Positions 1 to 13,384 of a stretch of 64,000 bases of DNA are shown piece after piece. A program made the translations under genes and the position numbers. This DNA is from Eledone cirrhosa. Taxonomy: Eukaryota. Within the stretch, counting starts at the first letter, position 1, and each line of letters opens with the position of its first letter. The notes under the pieces were generated by a model. It was not told the DNA's origin and searched no databases. It was given only the letters and a program-made list of their open reading frames with translations. The stretch spans positions 92,070,001 through 92,134,000 of the forward strand of contig OZ024744.1 in NCBI GenBank assembly GCA_964016885.1, read 5' to 3'.

Positions 1-152
1 GCTGTCGAAATGGCCGGAGCTCAGCCGTCCGGGTCCGGGTCCTGACTCTTTTCTTATATATATATATGAATGGACCTTTTTTTTTTTATCCAAAGATATT
101 TTTTCCAATTCCACCCCACCCGTCCCCTCTATCTATCTTATTCCTCATTCTT

Positions 153-188
153 TCTTCTGATGAAGGACTAGCGTCCGAAACGTTAAGA
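153..188 (+). ncRNA. Minimal type I hammerhead ribozyme
   Basis: TCTT-CTGATGA-aGGAC tagc GTCC-GAAA-CG-TT-AAGA; helix I TCTT/AAGA, palindromic ACGT helix III. Confidence 0.8.
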
Positions 189-270
189 CCCGCTTCCTGC
201 TATATCAAGCGTTAAACTTAATATATCCCTTCCATATACTGTACCGATTATGTTGTTATTTCTGTTTACC

Positions 271-375
<105 letters not shown>

Positions 376-387
376 AATATATATATA

Positions 388-434
<47 letters not shown>

Positions 435-438
435 ATAT

Positions 439-618
439 AGGGGTGGATTGGCAGTATCGGTGGAGGGTCGGACGCCATGCTTTCCAGCATAGTTACGTCC
501 CTTTACGATCTGAGTTCAAATCCCGCCGAGGTTGACTTTGCCTTTCATCCTTACGGGGTCGATAAAATAAAGTACCAGTAATGCACTGGGTAATTGCTGG
601 CCTTGTGCCTAAAGTAGA

Positions 619-622
<4 letters not shown>
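439..622 (+). mobile_element. tRNA-derived SINE (Meta-domain-like core)
   Basis: B-box GAGTTCAAATCC, central GCCTTTCATCCTTACGGGGTCGATAAAATAAAGTACCAG, tail GTAGAAACAAT; more than 10 copies in the window. Confidence 0.9.
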
Positions 623-697
<75 letters not shown>

Positions 698-798
698 TTT
701 ACACATACATATATATATACATACATACATATACGTGTTTTGCAACGGGTCACTTTGTGACTCAATGAAAACTTAATAAATTAAATAATCAGAGCTGT

Positions 799-1699
799 AT
801 ATCATAAAACATGTCTATAGAATCACCAGATAAAATATATACCATTTCCTCTCCCAATTAGCACAATTAACTATATAAAAAATCGAATAGACCAGGCTAT
901 AAGAATAAGGCTTCTATGAAGAAATCTCCAACAAATAACCGAAATTAGCCCTTCGCGTCGGCCGCAACGGAATATTTATCGAATATTTCGACAGCGTAAT
1001 CGCCCAGATACAGTCAATTAAACAGAATTAGGTGTAAAATAAACTATTAGAAAATAGAATACATTTAAATACCTCTACCATGGTTTCGTCCGTATTTTGA
1101 GATTTCCAATGGTATGTATGTATGTATATATAGATATATGTATGTGTAAACTTTTATATGTAATAATTTCCCATTAGGTTGAGATACAAATTTTGCTGTA
1201 TTGTGCTGTGCTTTCTAGCAAAAAAGCCACCAGCCGTAAGCAACTACCACACCCTTCCAACCTGACCGCGGCTACGTCACGATTCTTAGCCATTTTGAAT
1301 GAATTCTTGGCGCGATCACTTTGGAAAATTTAGTGTCTGGATCAGAGCAAATTTCCTGAAGAGTCCGATGCTCGAGTTACATAATCATTGGAAATCTCAA
1401 AATACGGACGAAACCATGGTAGAGGTATTTAAATGTATTCTATTTTCTCCTAGTTTATTTTACACCTAATTCTGTTTAATTGACTATATCTGGGCGATTA
1501 CGCTGTCGAAATATTCGATAAATATTCCGTTGCGGCCGACACGAAGGGCTAGTTTCGGTTATTTGTTGGAGATTTCTTCATAGAAGCCTTATTCTTATAG
1601 CCTGGTCTATTCGATTTTTTATATAGTTGATTGTGCTAATTGGGAGAGGAAATGGTATATATTTTATCTGGTGATTCTATAGACATGTTTTATGATATA
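799..1699. repeat. Inverted repeat (arms ~799-1111 and ~1386-1699), pLTR-like HHR module
   Basis: Arms are near-perfect reverse complements; the left arm stops inside HHR helix II. Confidence 0.9.
1351..1426 (+). ncRNA. Hammerhead ribozyme
   Basis: ATTTC-CTGAAGA-GTCCG...CGGAC-GAAA-CCATGG-TA-GAGGT. Confidence 0.85.
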
Positions 1700-2254
1700 T
1701 ATATATATATATATCACAAAAAGAAAGAGAATCTGTTGCGACGAATGGAATTTATTGGACATATTACAATTGTTTCTCTGGCGACCAGCTAGAGGTACGA
1801 TCGATGTGATGATCGAACCTGACTCTGAAAATCGCAAGGTCCTCTACGGAGCAGATTTTCTAAATTTCCTTTTACATCGATATCCTTCGCCTGTCTGCTT
1901 AGATCCTGTTGTTGTCATTCTACGAGTGGTCAAGAAATGTACACGTCATCGATATTTCTAGCCACTCATGGTTGTCCACTATTTGGTTCTTTTCATTCCC
2001 CCACCTGTCAATCAAAGTTGTTTCTTAGATCGGAATTACTACTGTAGTAGGTAAGGGGTTGTATGCTTGAACTGTTGGCGTCCTTTCGGCGTCTTCGCTG
2101 TCTGTAGGCGCCCTCGCCCACTCCGATCACGCACAACCCGCAGTTGTATTAGATGCAACAATCACCGTAAATAATACTTGGAGGGAATTTTAAAAAAAAA
2201 TAGAGAAATATTTAGCATAACGTTTCAAGAACACAGCCTCGGAATACCTTAAAG

Positions 2255-2568
2255 CAGTGCTTCACAAACTATCTGATGTGGCGGACCGGCATTTATTTTT
2301 TGTTCAATGTGCCACGTACCGCTAATATTTCGTAGTAATATTAATTTATACCGGAAATGATATATATAATGAATATAATAATAGTTGACCATTTTTTTAT
2401 CTTCTATTTATTTTGTAAACAAATAATACAATATCAAAACATATAAAAAAAGTAATAAAAAAATTCCTTAAATGATTCCTTAGCATGGCCTGGACACTGG
2501 CCGCATACCGGTAGCTGATGGCTCGCGTACCGGCACCGGTCCGCGGACCACCACTTTGAGTAGCACTG
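2255..2568. mobile_element. hAT (Charlie-like) MITE
   Basis: TIRs CAGTGCTTCACAAACT / ACTTTGAGTAGCACTG; 8-bp TSD CCTTAAAG on both sides. Confidence 0.9.
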
Positions 2569-3004
2569 CCTTAAAGCATACATATTTCAAAAAGAAAAAA
2601 AAACTCTGTACAAAGAACGTTTTTAAATGAATGCTTGGAACAGCCTTTCAAAAAAAGGTTATTTCGAAGGTATTTTTGATAAATATACACATATCTACAC
2701 TCACATACTGTACTCAGGGAAGTGTGTACAGTTAAGACGCTGCACATATATACACAGATGAAAAATAGAAAGATCTACACATAGGTATTCATACCCTCAC
2801 ACAGACATGTTCATACAAATACATCCACCCAGTCTCGTTACACACGTGCGCATGCATATTTGCATGGACACACATACATACATGCACCGGCGTGTGTTCA
2901 TGCTTGTACATTACCGAAGGCACATACTTGATGAATACCCTCCCATCCGTACACACACGCGCAGCTGTGCACATGGTGCATGCACAATATGCATAAATGG
3001 TATA

Positions 3005-3108
<104 letters not shown>

Positions 3109-3147
3109 AAGGAAAAGCGAAGTAGTTTCAAATGTTCAGGTCCTTTA

Positions 3148-3318
3148 ATAATAATTGTTTCTACTTTTGGCACAAGGCCAGCAATTACCCAGTAGATTAC
3201 TGGTACTTTATTTTATCGACCCCATAAGGATGAAAGGCAAAGTTAACCTCGGCGGGATTTGAACTCAGACCGTAAAGGGACGTAACTATGCTGGAAAGCA
3301 TGGTGTCCGACTCTCTAC
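3148..3318 (-). mobile_element. tRNA-SINE copy
   Basis: Reverse complement of the 439-622 family. Confidence 0.85.
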
Positions 3319-3332
3319 GTCCGAATAATAAT

Positions 3333-3407
3333 GCTGTGATATATATTTCAATGAAGACACTGGCCACAACTGTTCTGTGTGCGAGTGTCGTGACATCATC
3401 AGACAGC
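3333..3407 (-). ncRNA. Hammerhead ribozyme
   Basis: Minus strand GCTGT-CTGATGA-...GACACT...AGTGTC...-GAAA-TATATA-TC-ACAGC. Confidence 0.85.
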
Positions 3408-3835
3408 TTGTTACATAATAAGGTTATGTTTCCGAGGCAATCCAAGTTGAATCGACATGGGAACGGACGAAGTGTGTGCTTTGGGGTTCTTCATCCGTTC
3501 CCCTGTGAGTACCAATTCACCCCCACCGGTCTGCGCAGGCGCATGTCCGAAAGAAGTTGACCATTAGCTACCGCAGATATCAACGAAATTCGCTTAGTCA
3601 GTTCACCCTCTCAGCCAAACAATGACCCATCTAGGCCTGTACCATAGTTTACTGCTACCCGTCCCGTCTGTGGCAGTCAGCCGAAAGCCAGAGGGGATGG
3701 GAGAGTATATATATATATATATAAAGATAAAGAGAGGGGGAGAGAAAGAAAGAGAGTTGCTAAGGTGATTCCATAGAAAAAGAAAGACACTATCGTGATT
3801 CAATATATTGATTCAATAAGTTTAATATAGAAATG

Positions 3836-3898
3836 GCTTTAACAGGACTAGAACTGTTTCATTCAAAAGAAATCATGATGATGATTTCTTTTGAATGA
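3836..3898 (-). ncRNA. Truncated fold-back hammerhead (family of 18179)
   Basis: Minus strand ATGA-TTTCTTTTGAAT-GAAA-CAGTTCTAGTCCTG-TT; palindrome apex at the core box. Confidence 0.6.
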
Positions 3899-4196
3899 TC
3901 CCGTGGTTGGTGCAGGAACGGAGTGAAATATTCGTTAAAGACAACAATAAAGGCCGGACTGGAAACTTTATAAATTTTAGTTCCGCGAAAACACTATATA
4001 TAAATTTTAATGACCCAGATTCATTATTCTAAAATGATGCGAGACCCAGACGATTTCATCAGGTGTTAATTGCAGAATTAGTTATATAAGAGAAACAGGA
4101 TTACAGCGAACACAAACAGAGAATAGAAAATAGAGAATTGATTTTCTTTGCTCAGTATGAATCTGTCAGTTACATTGTCATGTTATATCTTAACTA

Positions 4197-4391
4197 TAAT
4201 AAAGTAAGGAGTGCGGGACAGCGTCCAGAATATATTTTTTAATCCAGTTTGTAAAATAAATTGGATTACTTTGAATAAATAATGAATGCATCCAAATTAT
4301 AATAAAGTAAGGACTGCGGGACTGCGTACGGTTTATTTCTTTTAATCCAGTTAGTAAAATAAGTTGGATTACTTTGAATAAATAATGAATG
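4197..4391. repeat. ~102-bp tandem duplication
   Basis: Two copies of TAATAAAGTAAGGA..GCGGGAC...TTGGATTACTTTGAATAAATAATGAATG. Confidence 0.8.
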
Positions 4392-5029
4392 AATATTACA
4401 TAATTTATGTACTAAATTTCGTAACTAAATTTCGTAAACATAAATAATTTAAAATTTACTTCTTTTCAAAGTTTCAAACGCCTACACTTCCGGTATATCG
4501 TCGCCACCATCACCACTTCAACTACCTAATATATAGAAAGAGAGAGTGTGTGATAAGAGAGATAGAGAGATTATGATTTTCTACACACTGACGCGTATGA
4601 GTGTGCACATACATAAATCTATATGTATGAGTATATAACTATTATGAGTATATAACTATATTCGCGCAAACACAAACTTATAAAAATACATGCTCATGGA
4701 CATACATTCACACACATACACATACATTCACACATACTTTCACACAAACATACATTTACACAAACACACACATACAGTCATGATAGCGTCCGGTGAATTG
4801 GAAATGGGAGGGTAAAACAAGTATAACGTTTTATTTATTTATTAACTCTTTATTTATATATTAACTCTTTTTTTTAAAAACAAATTTAATGTAATGGTTA
4901 CAGAAGGCAAACACTAACAAATATAATATATACAAAGTAAAGGGAAAGGAAAGAAAGAGAAAATATACACAAGCAGATAATACACACATCTTAGACCACA
5001 CAGAACAAAATGCAGGCGAAAGAGTGGTT

Positions 5030-5500
5030 AATGAGACGCTACCAGAGCAAAAGATAACAATATAGCGAGGAGCACTGGGAAACCTCTATAATAATTTTTG
5101 AGGCAGGCCAGCACGCTCGCAGCGTTACCTAGGGTGATGGCGACGCTGAGGTGATGGAACAACCAAGTGTCCTCATGAGCATCACCAGTTACCTCTGTTT
5201 GGCGAGCCGCCAGTGAAGATAAGAACCTCGCTGTCAGTAGCCCGACTCCCTCGAACGCCACAGGCTGGATAATGTAAGTTAGCTGAGAATACGGTATTTT
5301 AGGATTTTGTTCCGTTCAGCTGCGGATGCTGTAGGTCGCGCCCTTACCTCTGCATCCAGAATGTAGGGAGAAGTAAGAGTCAGTAACAGTGACGTCCCAG
5401 GTAAGGCACCTGCCTCTTGACCAGGAGCACAGAGCAAGACCATCAATTCAGGACAACCCAGACGGTTCCAAAATTGAGGGGATGTTTGGCCGGGCCAAAG
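5030..5500 (-). pseudogene. 3' fragment of an RLE-type non-LTR retrotransposon (CRE-like)
   Basis: LEPSGLS*IDGLALCSWSRGRCLTWDVTVTD ... TGD...LSVAITLGNAASVL, a restriction-like endonuclease C-terminus with stops and frameshifts. Confidence 0.7.
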
Positions 5501-5644
5501 CTCTTGAGTGGTAATAGGACAGTGTGTGTATGTGCGCGCGCGTGAGTTTGTCGGCGTTCTTAAATTAGAGACACGTGTGTGTGTTTTTAAGTTAGACATA
5601 TATATGTGTGTATCCCTTTTACACACACATACATTCACATTTAT

Positions 5645-6296
5645 ATACATGTGAATGGAGTTCTACTGAAGCAGTTAGAGAAGTTCAAGTATCTTGGAAC
5701 CGTGTTCATGAGTGATGGAATGCAGGAGGCTGAATTAAGTGCAAGAATTGCAAAAGCTGATGCAGTAATGCGCCAGCCTCAGCATTCAGCAATCAGAAGA
5801 AGGGGGTAGGTTTAAAAGCCAAACTCGCTGTCTTCCTGGTATTCCTGCCAACTCTTACCGAGGATCATGAATCTTGAGTAATGACCAAAAGAATATAATT
5901 GCAAATGAAAGCGGCAGAAATGGGATTCCTCCGAAGGGTCTTTGGAGTAGCGTTACTCGATAAAGTTCATATCTCAGAGACCAGAGTGTCACTCCTGGTA
6001 GAACCACTACTTCTCCGAATTGAGAGATCACAACTCCGATATTATGAGCATGTAGTTAGAATGTCTCAGTAAAGAATCGCTGGACACATTTTACAGGCAA
6101 AACCAGCCGGAAAGAGTCCCAGAGGTAGACCCTGAGCAAGATAGTTGGATAACATCCATGAGCTTGGCTGGTCACACTTTGGGATCCAGCTGGATCAGTT
6201 AGAGATGTTTGCTACTGACAGACTCGCTGGAAGGAGTGTTTGAGAAGGACTCTGCCCCCACGACCCTCTCAGAAATAAGTGGGTGAAGAAGAAGAT
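5645..6296 (+). pseudogene. RTE-type LINE 3' fragment
   Basis: LKQLEKFKYLGTVFMSDG...ARIAKA; later RPRGRP-like motif; (GAA)n tail; degraded. Confidence 0.75.
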
Positions 6297-6367
6297 ATTG
6301 TCAATTTACTTTTCAATTTACATATACCTATATGCATATATATTTGCGTATAATACCAATATGCACA

Positions 6368-6798
6368 CTAGATATGCTAGCAGAAAACCACACGAAGGGC
6401 GGTTTTTCTGCTAGTATTACATAATTTATCTACTAAATTTCGTAACTCTTGATTAAATATATTTTATTGTTCATTTAAAGCTTCACTTCTTTAAAATGTT
6501 CAAATGTCAACACTTCCGGTTAGCGATCGCTTAAATAAACATTCATCTATTTCCGTCACTAATTTTCTCCTAATGCAGTTTATATATAATATCGTCTTTT
6601 TTAAATGTATCATGGATTACGTTACTGATTACATAAGACAGTGTAACGCAGTCTTCGTTCAATTTCTGTGTAAATTGTCATTTACGATTTTATTTGATGT
6701 ATCATATCTACATATATATATTTTTTTTTAATATAATATCAATATGCACACTACACATGCTAGCAGAAAAACTACCCGAGGGTGGTTTTTCTGCTAGT
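6368..6798 (+). mobile_element. Helitron-like non-autonomous fragments (two hairpin+CTAG ends)
   Basis: GCTAGCAGAAAA...TTTTCTGCTAGT hairpins at ~6377-6415 and ~6759-6798; internal sequence resembles 4395-4500. Confidence 0.45.
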
Positions 6799-7321
6799 GT
6801 ATGTAATGGAGCCCCGTAAACTCCTGATAGGGTTATAGAGAGGTGCTGTAGTGATGACATTAGCATGTCATGTTCTGGGCATTTTAAAATCTGTTGGTAT
6901 CCGTCCATTGCCTCTCTCCTTTCCAGCTTTCCACATATCCTCAGCACAGTTAGTTTCGTCCAGTGAATGTCAGAGAGATAGCGGGGGTGTTGGGGGTGAG
7001 GAAGTGTGAGAGAGAGAGACAGTGGGGGGGGGATATAGAGAGGAATCCATCTCCTCCTTTCCACATCCAAGTATTGTTGATTTCTTCCAGTGAAGGTTAG
7101 AGAAAGAGAGAGAGAGAAAAGAGAAAGAGAGGGTGGAAGAAACGATCTCAGTTTTATCAGTTTTTGACTGGTACTGTTTTATCGATCTGAAAAGGATAAA
7201 AGCTAAAGCTGACCCGACAGGATTTCATCTGAGGATAGCCCAGAAGGTCGGAACGAATTCCACAAAACATAGCCGATGTTCTAACGATTCTGCCAATTCA
7301 CTGCTTGGTTATATATATATA

Positions 7322-7533
7322 CAGGGTGGCCCAAAAGTCACACAAGGGTTTTAGTTTTTATTAACTTCCTGAATTGTACAGATTGATGTATGAAATTTTG
7401 ATACAACTTAAAGGACACAATGGAAATTATTTTGCACTTGTCAATTCTTGTCACACCTCTACATTACTTAAGCAAAAATTATATCTTTCAAATGGCGGCC
7501 ATGCGACCCCTGTGTGACTTTTGGGTCACCCTG
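7322..7533. mobile_element. Tc1/mariner MITE
   Basis: TIRs CAGGGTGGCCCAAAAGTCACAC / GTGTGACTTTTGGGTCACCCTG, flanked by TA. Confidence 0.9.
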
Positions 7534-7825
7534 TACAAGCCTTCCGGCGCTGGGGCTTTTGGATCTTAAGCCCCTCCAATAATGTAGAAACATGTTGAAT
7601 GATTTTAAAGTTTCGTTAGTTAAAAAAATATGTATCAAAGTTGAAATAAGTAACTAGTACAAATAAACACAATAGAAAGTGAGTTATTGCTGTACCATCA
7701 AAATGTAAATAGCTGTGAATGCCATTATATTTAACGTCTATATATAAATTTGAGTTATTTCCGTCCATCCGCCACAATATGTGTGTGGTGTGTATGTGTG
7801 TGTTTGTGTGTGTTTGTGTGAACAT

Positions 7826-7905
<80 letters not shown>

Positions 7906-8591
7906 AAGAGAGAGAGAGAAAGAGAGAGAGGGAGAGAGAGAGAGAGAGAGGGGGGAGAAAGAGAGAGAGAGAAAGTAACGTCCGATAAAAGTATCAGTTG
8001 AAGGTTTAACAATATTTTGTTAGCTTTTATAAAGTTGTTTTACAGTCTTTGATTTTTACAGAACAAAGAAAAATTGATACTATTTGAAATTAATCTACCC
8101 TCCAGCTTTTATCCATATACTACTTACAGTCCGTACTAACGAAACTAAACACTCCAGAAGCAATGTTATGCACTATATTGCTGTGTTTGGAGCTGAAAAA
8201 GATCATATTGACTATGGTTATTTCACAACATTTAAAATCCAAGACCAATGCTAAATATATTTAATCGGCAGTTTATTTCCCCCAGCCTAATAAGGAAGTT
8301 TTATTATTATTGTTTTATTATGTCTCTCTCTCTCTCACACACACACACACATTACGGTCTCACCTCATACCAGACAACACATTCAATACAGTCGTTTTCT
8401 CTTTTATCCATCTTCTCTTAACTGTTCTCCCGGGCGAAGCCGCGTACCTCAGCTAGTTACTAATATAATAAGGTCTTTTCATGATGTTATTAACTCTATA
8501 ATATATATCCTTTATTTTTGTCATCACTTTAATGATACTTTTATATAAAATTTTGTACTCTTATTTTGTGTGTGTGTGTGTGTGTGTGTGC

Positions 8592-8747
<156 letters not shown>

Positions 8748-8948
8748 AAAAATATAACCCCTACTACCTGAAAATAAGCCCTAATACCTTTTTTTTTAAA
8801 AGAAAAAATAATATAAGAGGAACCATGGTATAAATAGAATTTGTTTTATTTATTTATTATGTGAAGTTTTTAGTGCCGTAGGAGTGAAGATATTGTCCTT
8901 ATCCTGATGTTAACAGTAATAGAAAAATATATGAAACGGAGTGAATTA

Positions 8949-9272
8949 CAGAAGTCCCCCGGTATTCGCGGTAGTTATGTTCCTAAAGTGAAATCCCGCG
9001 AATATTGGGCGTGGTCCATAAAAATGCCTATAAACGTCAAAATATAAATAAAAAAAAGCGAAGGGTCGTCCAATAGGCCTGCAAATACGGTATATCGTTA
9101 TTAATGATTTAGCGTTAAAAAATATATATTGCTATGAAAAAAAAGCCATTAAAAAATCGCAGAAGATATTTACGATTCCGCGAATATTCGGTGATTTCAA
9201 CGAACAATTATTAGTTAGGTTCTAAGTAAAATTCTTCGAATAACCGTGACCGCGAATGTCGGGCGTACACTG
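8949..9272. mobile_element. Tigger/pogo-like MITE, degenerate
   Basis: CAGAAGTCCCCCGGTATTCGCGGT ... ACCGCGAATGTCGGGCGTACACTG imperfect TIRs, internal CGCGAATA repeats. Confidence 0.6.
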
Positions 9273-9293
9273 TGTATATATATTGTTTTGGTG

Positions 9294-9341
<48 letters not shown>

Positions 9342-9644
9342 GTGTGAGTGTTTGAAACTAGTTAGGCCATTACTCAACAGAGTACTCGAGTACATGATAT
9401 ATATATATAGTAATAATAATAAATGTGAAAACTAAAAACCGTAGAGCAAATATATATTAAAATAACAGATTAAAATTTAATCTCATTGCTGACAATTGTT
9501 TCTCTGAACTGGTAGGTCTAGAGATCGCTACCCGCTTGTGAGAATGAAAGTAATATACAGGCATATATAGTAGTAATATATAGTACTATATATAGTACTA
9601 CTCTATATACTACCCATGCCTGTATATTACTTTCATTCTCACAA

Positions 9645-9750
9645 GCTCCGATGAATTGACTGGTTATAACTTTGTATTGGTGATCGAATGACGTGAAAAC
9701 AAGCGGGTAGCGATCTCTAGACCTACCAGTTCAGAGAAACAATTGTCAGC
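9645..9750 (+). ncRNA. Hammerhead with CCGATGA core and long helix II
   Basis: GCT-CCGATGA-..TGACTGG...CCAGTTCA..-GAAA-CAATTG-TC-AGC; partial inverted copy at 9476-9570. Confidence 0.65.
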
Positions 9751-9976
9751 AATGAGATTAAAAACCTTTTTTGTATAGCAAACCGTGTCACTCTTCTTTC
9801 CTGATTTATCATTACTCCAAGTGTTAACAACATAGGAATTACCGCGTACTCGCAGCATCACTATGGAAACGCCTTGTTGAGTCAAACTTAGCCAAGCGTT
9901 GATATCATCCACTACCCGTTGTACCATAACTGGACTACACCTAAGTGGACTACCTACAACAATAATCTGTTACCCC

Positions 9977-10034
<58 letters not shown>

Positions 10035-10040
<6 letters not shown>

Positions 10041-10885
10041 TTATAAAGTTGTAGTTCTTGTCTGTTTGTTTGTTTGTTCACGAACTGCTCCTATGGTTTT
10101 GGAGATAGACTCACATAACCATATATATTCTGAAACTACATTGCCCATTGTACTTGTATAAGTATATTTCATTTAAATCAAAGGGTTCCCCGAGACACAG
10201 ACCCCCGCTTAACATTTTTCCCTTCGATTTATATGAAATTTAAACCATAGGTAAATGACAAGATATGATGTCTATTCACAAAATTTCAGCAAATTTCAAT
10301 AATATTAAGACACCCTAATGTGGGTTAAACCCCCTATTAGGGTTCCCCGGAGGCTCAAACCCCCGCTGAAAATGTTTCCCCTTCGATTTATATGAAATTT
10401 TAACCATAGGTAAATCACAAGATATGATGCCTATTCATAAAAGTTTTGAATTGTTATTTTGGAAAAAATTATTTACAAGAAACAAAATAAGAATAAGATT
10501 TAATAATGTAATTTTAATTTGATATATTAAAAATATAATTGTTTCTACTTTTGGCACAAGTCCAGCAAATACCCAGTTCATTACTGGTACTTTATTTTAT
10601 CGACCCCGTAAGGATGAAAGGCAAAGTTAACCTCGGCAGGATTTGAACTCAGATCGTAAAGGGACGTAACTACGCTGGAAAGCATGTCCGACCCTATACC
10701 GATACTGCCAATCCACCGCCCTTATAATATAATGTTTTCCAATTTTTCATGCATTACATTTTACATTGAGTAATATTGAAATGCAGATTTTTTCTCCATA
10801 AATTATATCACTGATTTAAAATCAATCATCATTTTCTTACAAAATAAATGTGTGAAACGCAGCAAGGCGCGGGTTATTCGGCTAT
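10035..10885 (+). mobile_element. Helitron/Helentron-like non-autonomous element with nested SINE (10537-10722, minus)
   Basis: 5' GTCTGTTTGTTTGTTTGTTC repeat, internal tandem duplication, GC-rich 3' end GCAGCAAGGCGCGGGTTATTCGGCTA resembling 8428-8457. Confidence 0.5.
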
Positions 10886-11016
10886 CATATATATTTTGTA
10901 AGAAAATGATGATTGATTTTAAATCAGTGATATAATTTATGGAGAAAAAATCTGCATTTCAATATTACTCAATGTAAAATGTAATGCATGAAAAATTGGA
11001 AAACATTATATTATAA

Positions 11017-11398
11017 GGGCGGTGGATTGGCAGTATCGGTAGAGGGTCGGACACCATACTTTGAAGCATAGAGTTACGTCCCTTTATGATCTGAGTTCAA
11101 ATCCCGCCGAGGTTAAATTTGCCTTTCATCCTTACGGGGTCGATAAAATAAAGTACCAGTAATGTACTGGGTAATTGCTGGCCTTGTGCCTAAAATAGAA
11201 ACAATTATATTATAAGGGCGGTGAATTGGCCGTATCGGTAGAGGGTCGGACATGCTTTCCAGCGTAGTTAGGTCCCTTTACGAACTGAGTTCAAATCCCG
11301 CCGAGGTTAACTTTGCCTTTCATCCTTACGGGGTCGATAAAATAAAGTACCAGTAATGCAATGGGTAATTGCTGGCCTTGTGCTAAAAGTAGAAACAA
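11017..11398 (+). mobile_element. Two tandem tRNA-SINE copies
   Basis: Copies at ~11017-11205 and ~11216-11398. Confidence 0.9.
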
Positions 11399-11429
<31 letters not shown>

Positions 11430-11555
11430 CGCGTGCGCGCGTGTGTGTGTGTATCAAATATTACACACACACATATATAAATATATAATATTACAAACAC
11501 ATACACACATACACACACACACAGACACTCACACACACACACTCACACACACACG

Positions 11556-11601
<46 letters not shown>

Positions 11602-12021
11602 CTCAATTGAAGTACTAGAACTTATTGTGTAAAGTTTAATAATTATACAAAAACAAACCACAATTAAAGAGACCCCCCCCCCCCAAAAAAAAACCCAGCA
11701 AAAACCAACAAAAAAACAAACAAAGAAACAAAACAGATAAAAAGATGAAGAGAAGAAAAAGAAAACAGTTACTATAGTAATAACGATATTGACAATCCTG
11801 TTTAATTATTTTTAGTATAATTAATTATCTAATAGAAATTAGGCAGTTTTGCTAGCCTGGATTATTCTAGTGGAAGGAATCAGAACTTCAACATTTGTCT
11901 AGACATTCATTATTATTACTAATTAGCGTTATTACTTAAATTTTTAACATATTTTGTTTTTAAACTTACAATGTGTTGACCCGGTTACTAATTTTTACAA
12001 AAAAAAAAAAAAATAAATAAA

Positions 12022-12425
12022 ATAATTGTTTCTACTTTAGGCACAAGGCCAGCAATTATCCAGTGCATTACTGGTACTTTATTTTATCGACCCCGTAAGG
12101 ATGAAAGGCAAAGTCAACCTCGGCGGGATTTGAACTCAGATCGTAAAGGGACGTAACTATGCTGGAAAGCATGGTGCCCGACCCCCTACCGATACTGCCA
12201 ATCCAAATAATGCAAATGAGCTAATTAGCGTGGTTAGTCAAAGTTTAAACTCTTTCTGTTAGTAATAATTGTTTCTACTTTTGGTAAAATAAAGTACCAG
12301 TGCATTACTGGTACTTTATTTTATCGACGCCGTAAGGATGAAAGGCAAAGTTAACCTCGGCGGGACTTGAACTATGCTGCAAAGCATGGCGTCAGACCCT
12401 CTACTGATACTGCCACTCCATCCCT
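12022..12425 (-). mobile_element. Two tRNA-SINE copies (second rearranged)
   Basis: Reverse complement of the SINE family. Confidence 0.85.
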
Positions 12426-12561
12426 GTTCTGTTAGTAATAACGTGTTGAATTAGTTCTGTACGAGCAGAACACGGTCATTTCATCTGGCTTATCTGAAAA
12501 CGTCAGGACAACTCGTCTAACCCATGCTAGCGTGGAAAAATGGACATTAAACGGTGATGAT

Positions 12562-12637
<76 letters not shown>

Positions 12638-12814
12638 CGCATATATATATGTATATACGCATATATATATATATGTATATGTATATACGCATATACATAT
12701 ACATGTATACATATATATACATATACATATATATATATGTACATGTATATATATGTATACATGTATATGTATATGCGTATATACATATACATACATATAT
12801 ATATAATATATATA

Positions 12815-12901
<87 letters not shown>

Positions 12902-13044
12902 TTGGGTTTGTTGGTTCACCACCGGATAGAACTGGTCATTCCGTATGGTCAACCTCGATGTAATATTAGGGAGAGCACTCAATGTAATGCAACTCACCCG
13001 TCTTCGTTTGTGTTGTTGGTGGTGCGAGTACGAAGTTAATTGTT

Positions 13045-13332
13045 ATAAAATAACAGGAGACTGGACTGGTGTAAATCCTTGAAAGATTTATTATACTATG
13101 ATCATTTCAATGACCGGGTTCAGTATGAATCCGGTGACATCATCAGGTAATTCAAAATATAACGAAGGAATATAACAGATAAAATCCATAGATTTTATCT
13201 GTTATATTCCTTCGTTATATTTTGAATTACCTGATGATGTCACCGGATTCATACTGAACCCGGTCATTGAAATGATCATAGTATAATAAATCTTTCAAGG
13301 ATTTACACCAGTCCAGTCACCTGTTATTTTAT
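13045..13332. ncRNA. Palindrome with two opposed hammerheads (13094-13149 minus; 13228-13283 plus)
   Basis: TAC-CTGATGA-..ACCGG...CCGGT..-GAAA-TGATCA-TA-GTA on each arm; apex at ~13188. Confidence 0.85.
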
Positions 13333-13335
13333 AGT

Positions 13336-13381
<46 letters not shown>

Positions 13382-13384
13382 GCA

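Noticed and set aside
4040-4070. CTGATGA on the minus strand
   Set aside because: No matching GAAA, helix III or helix I partner found
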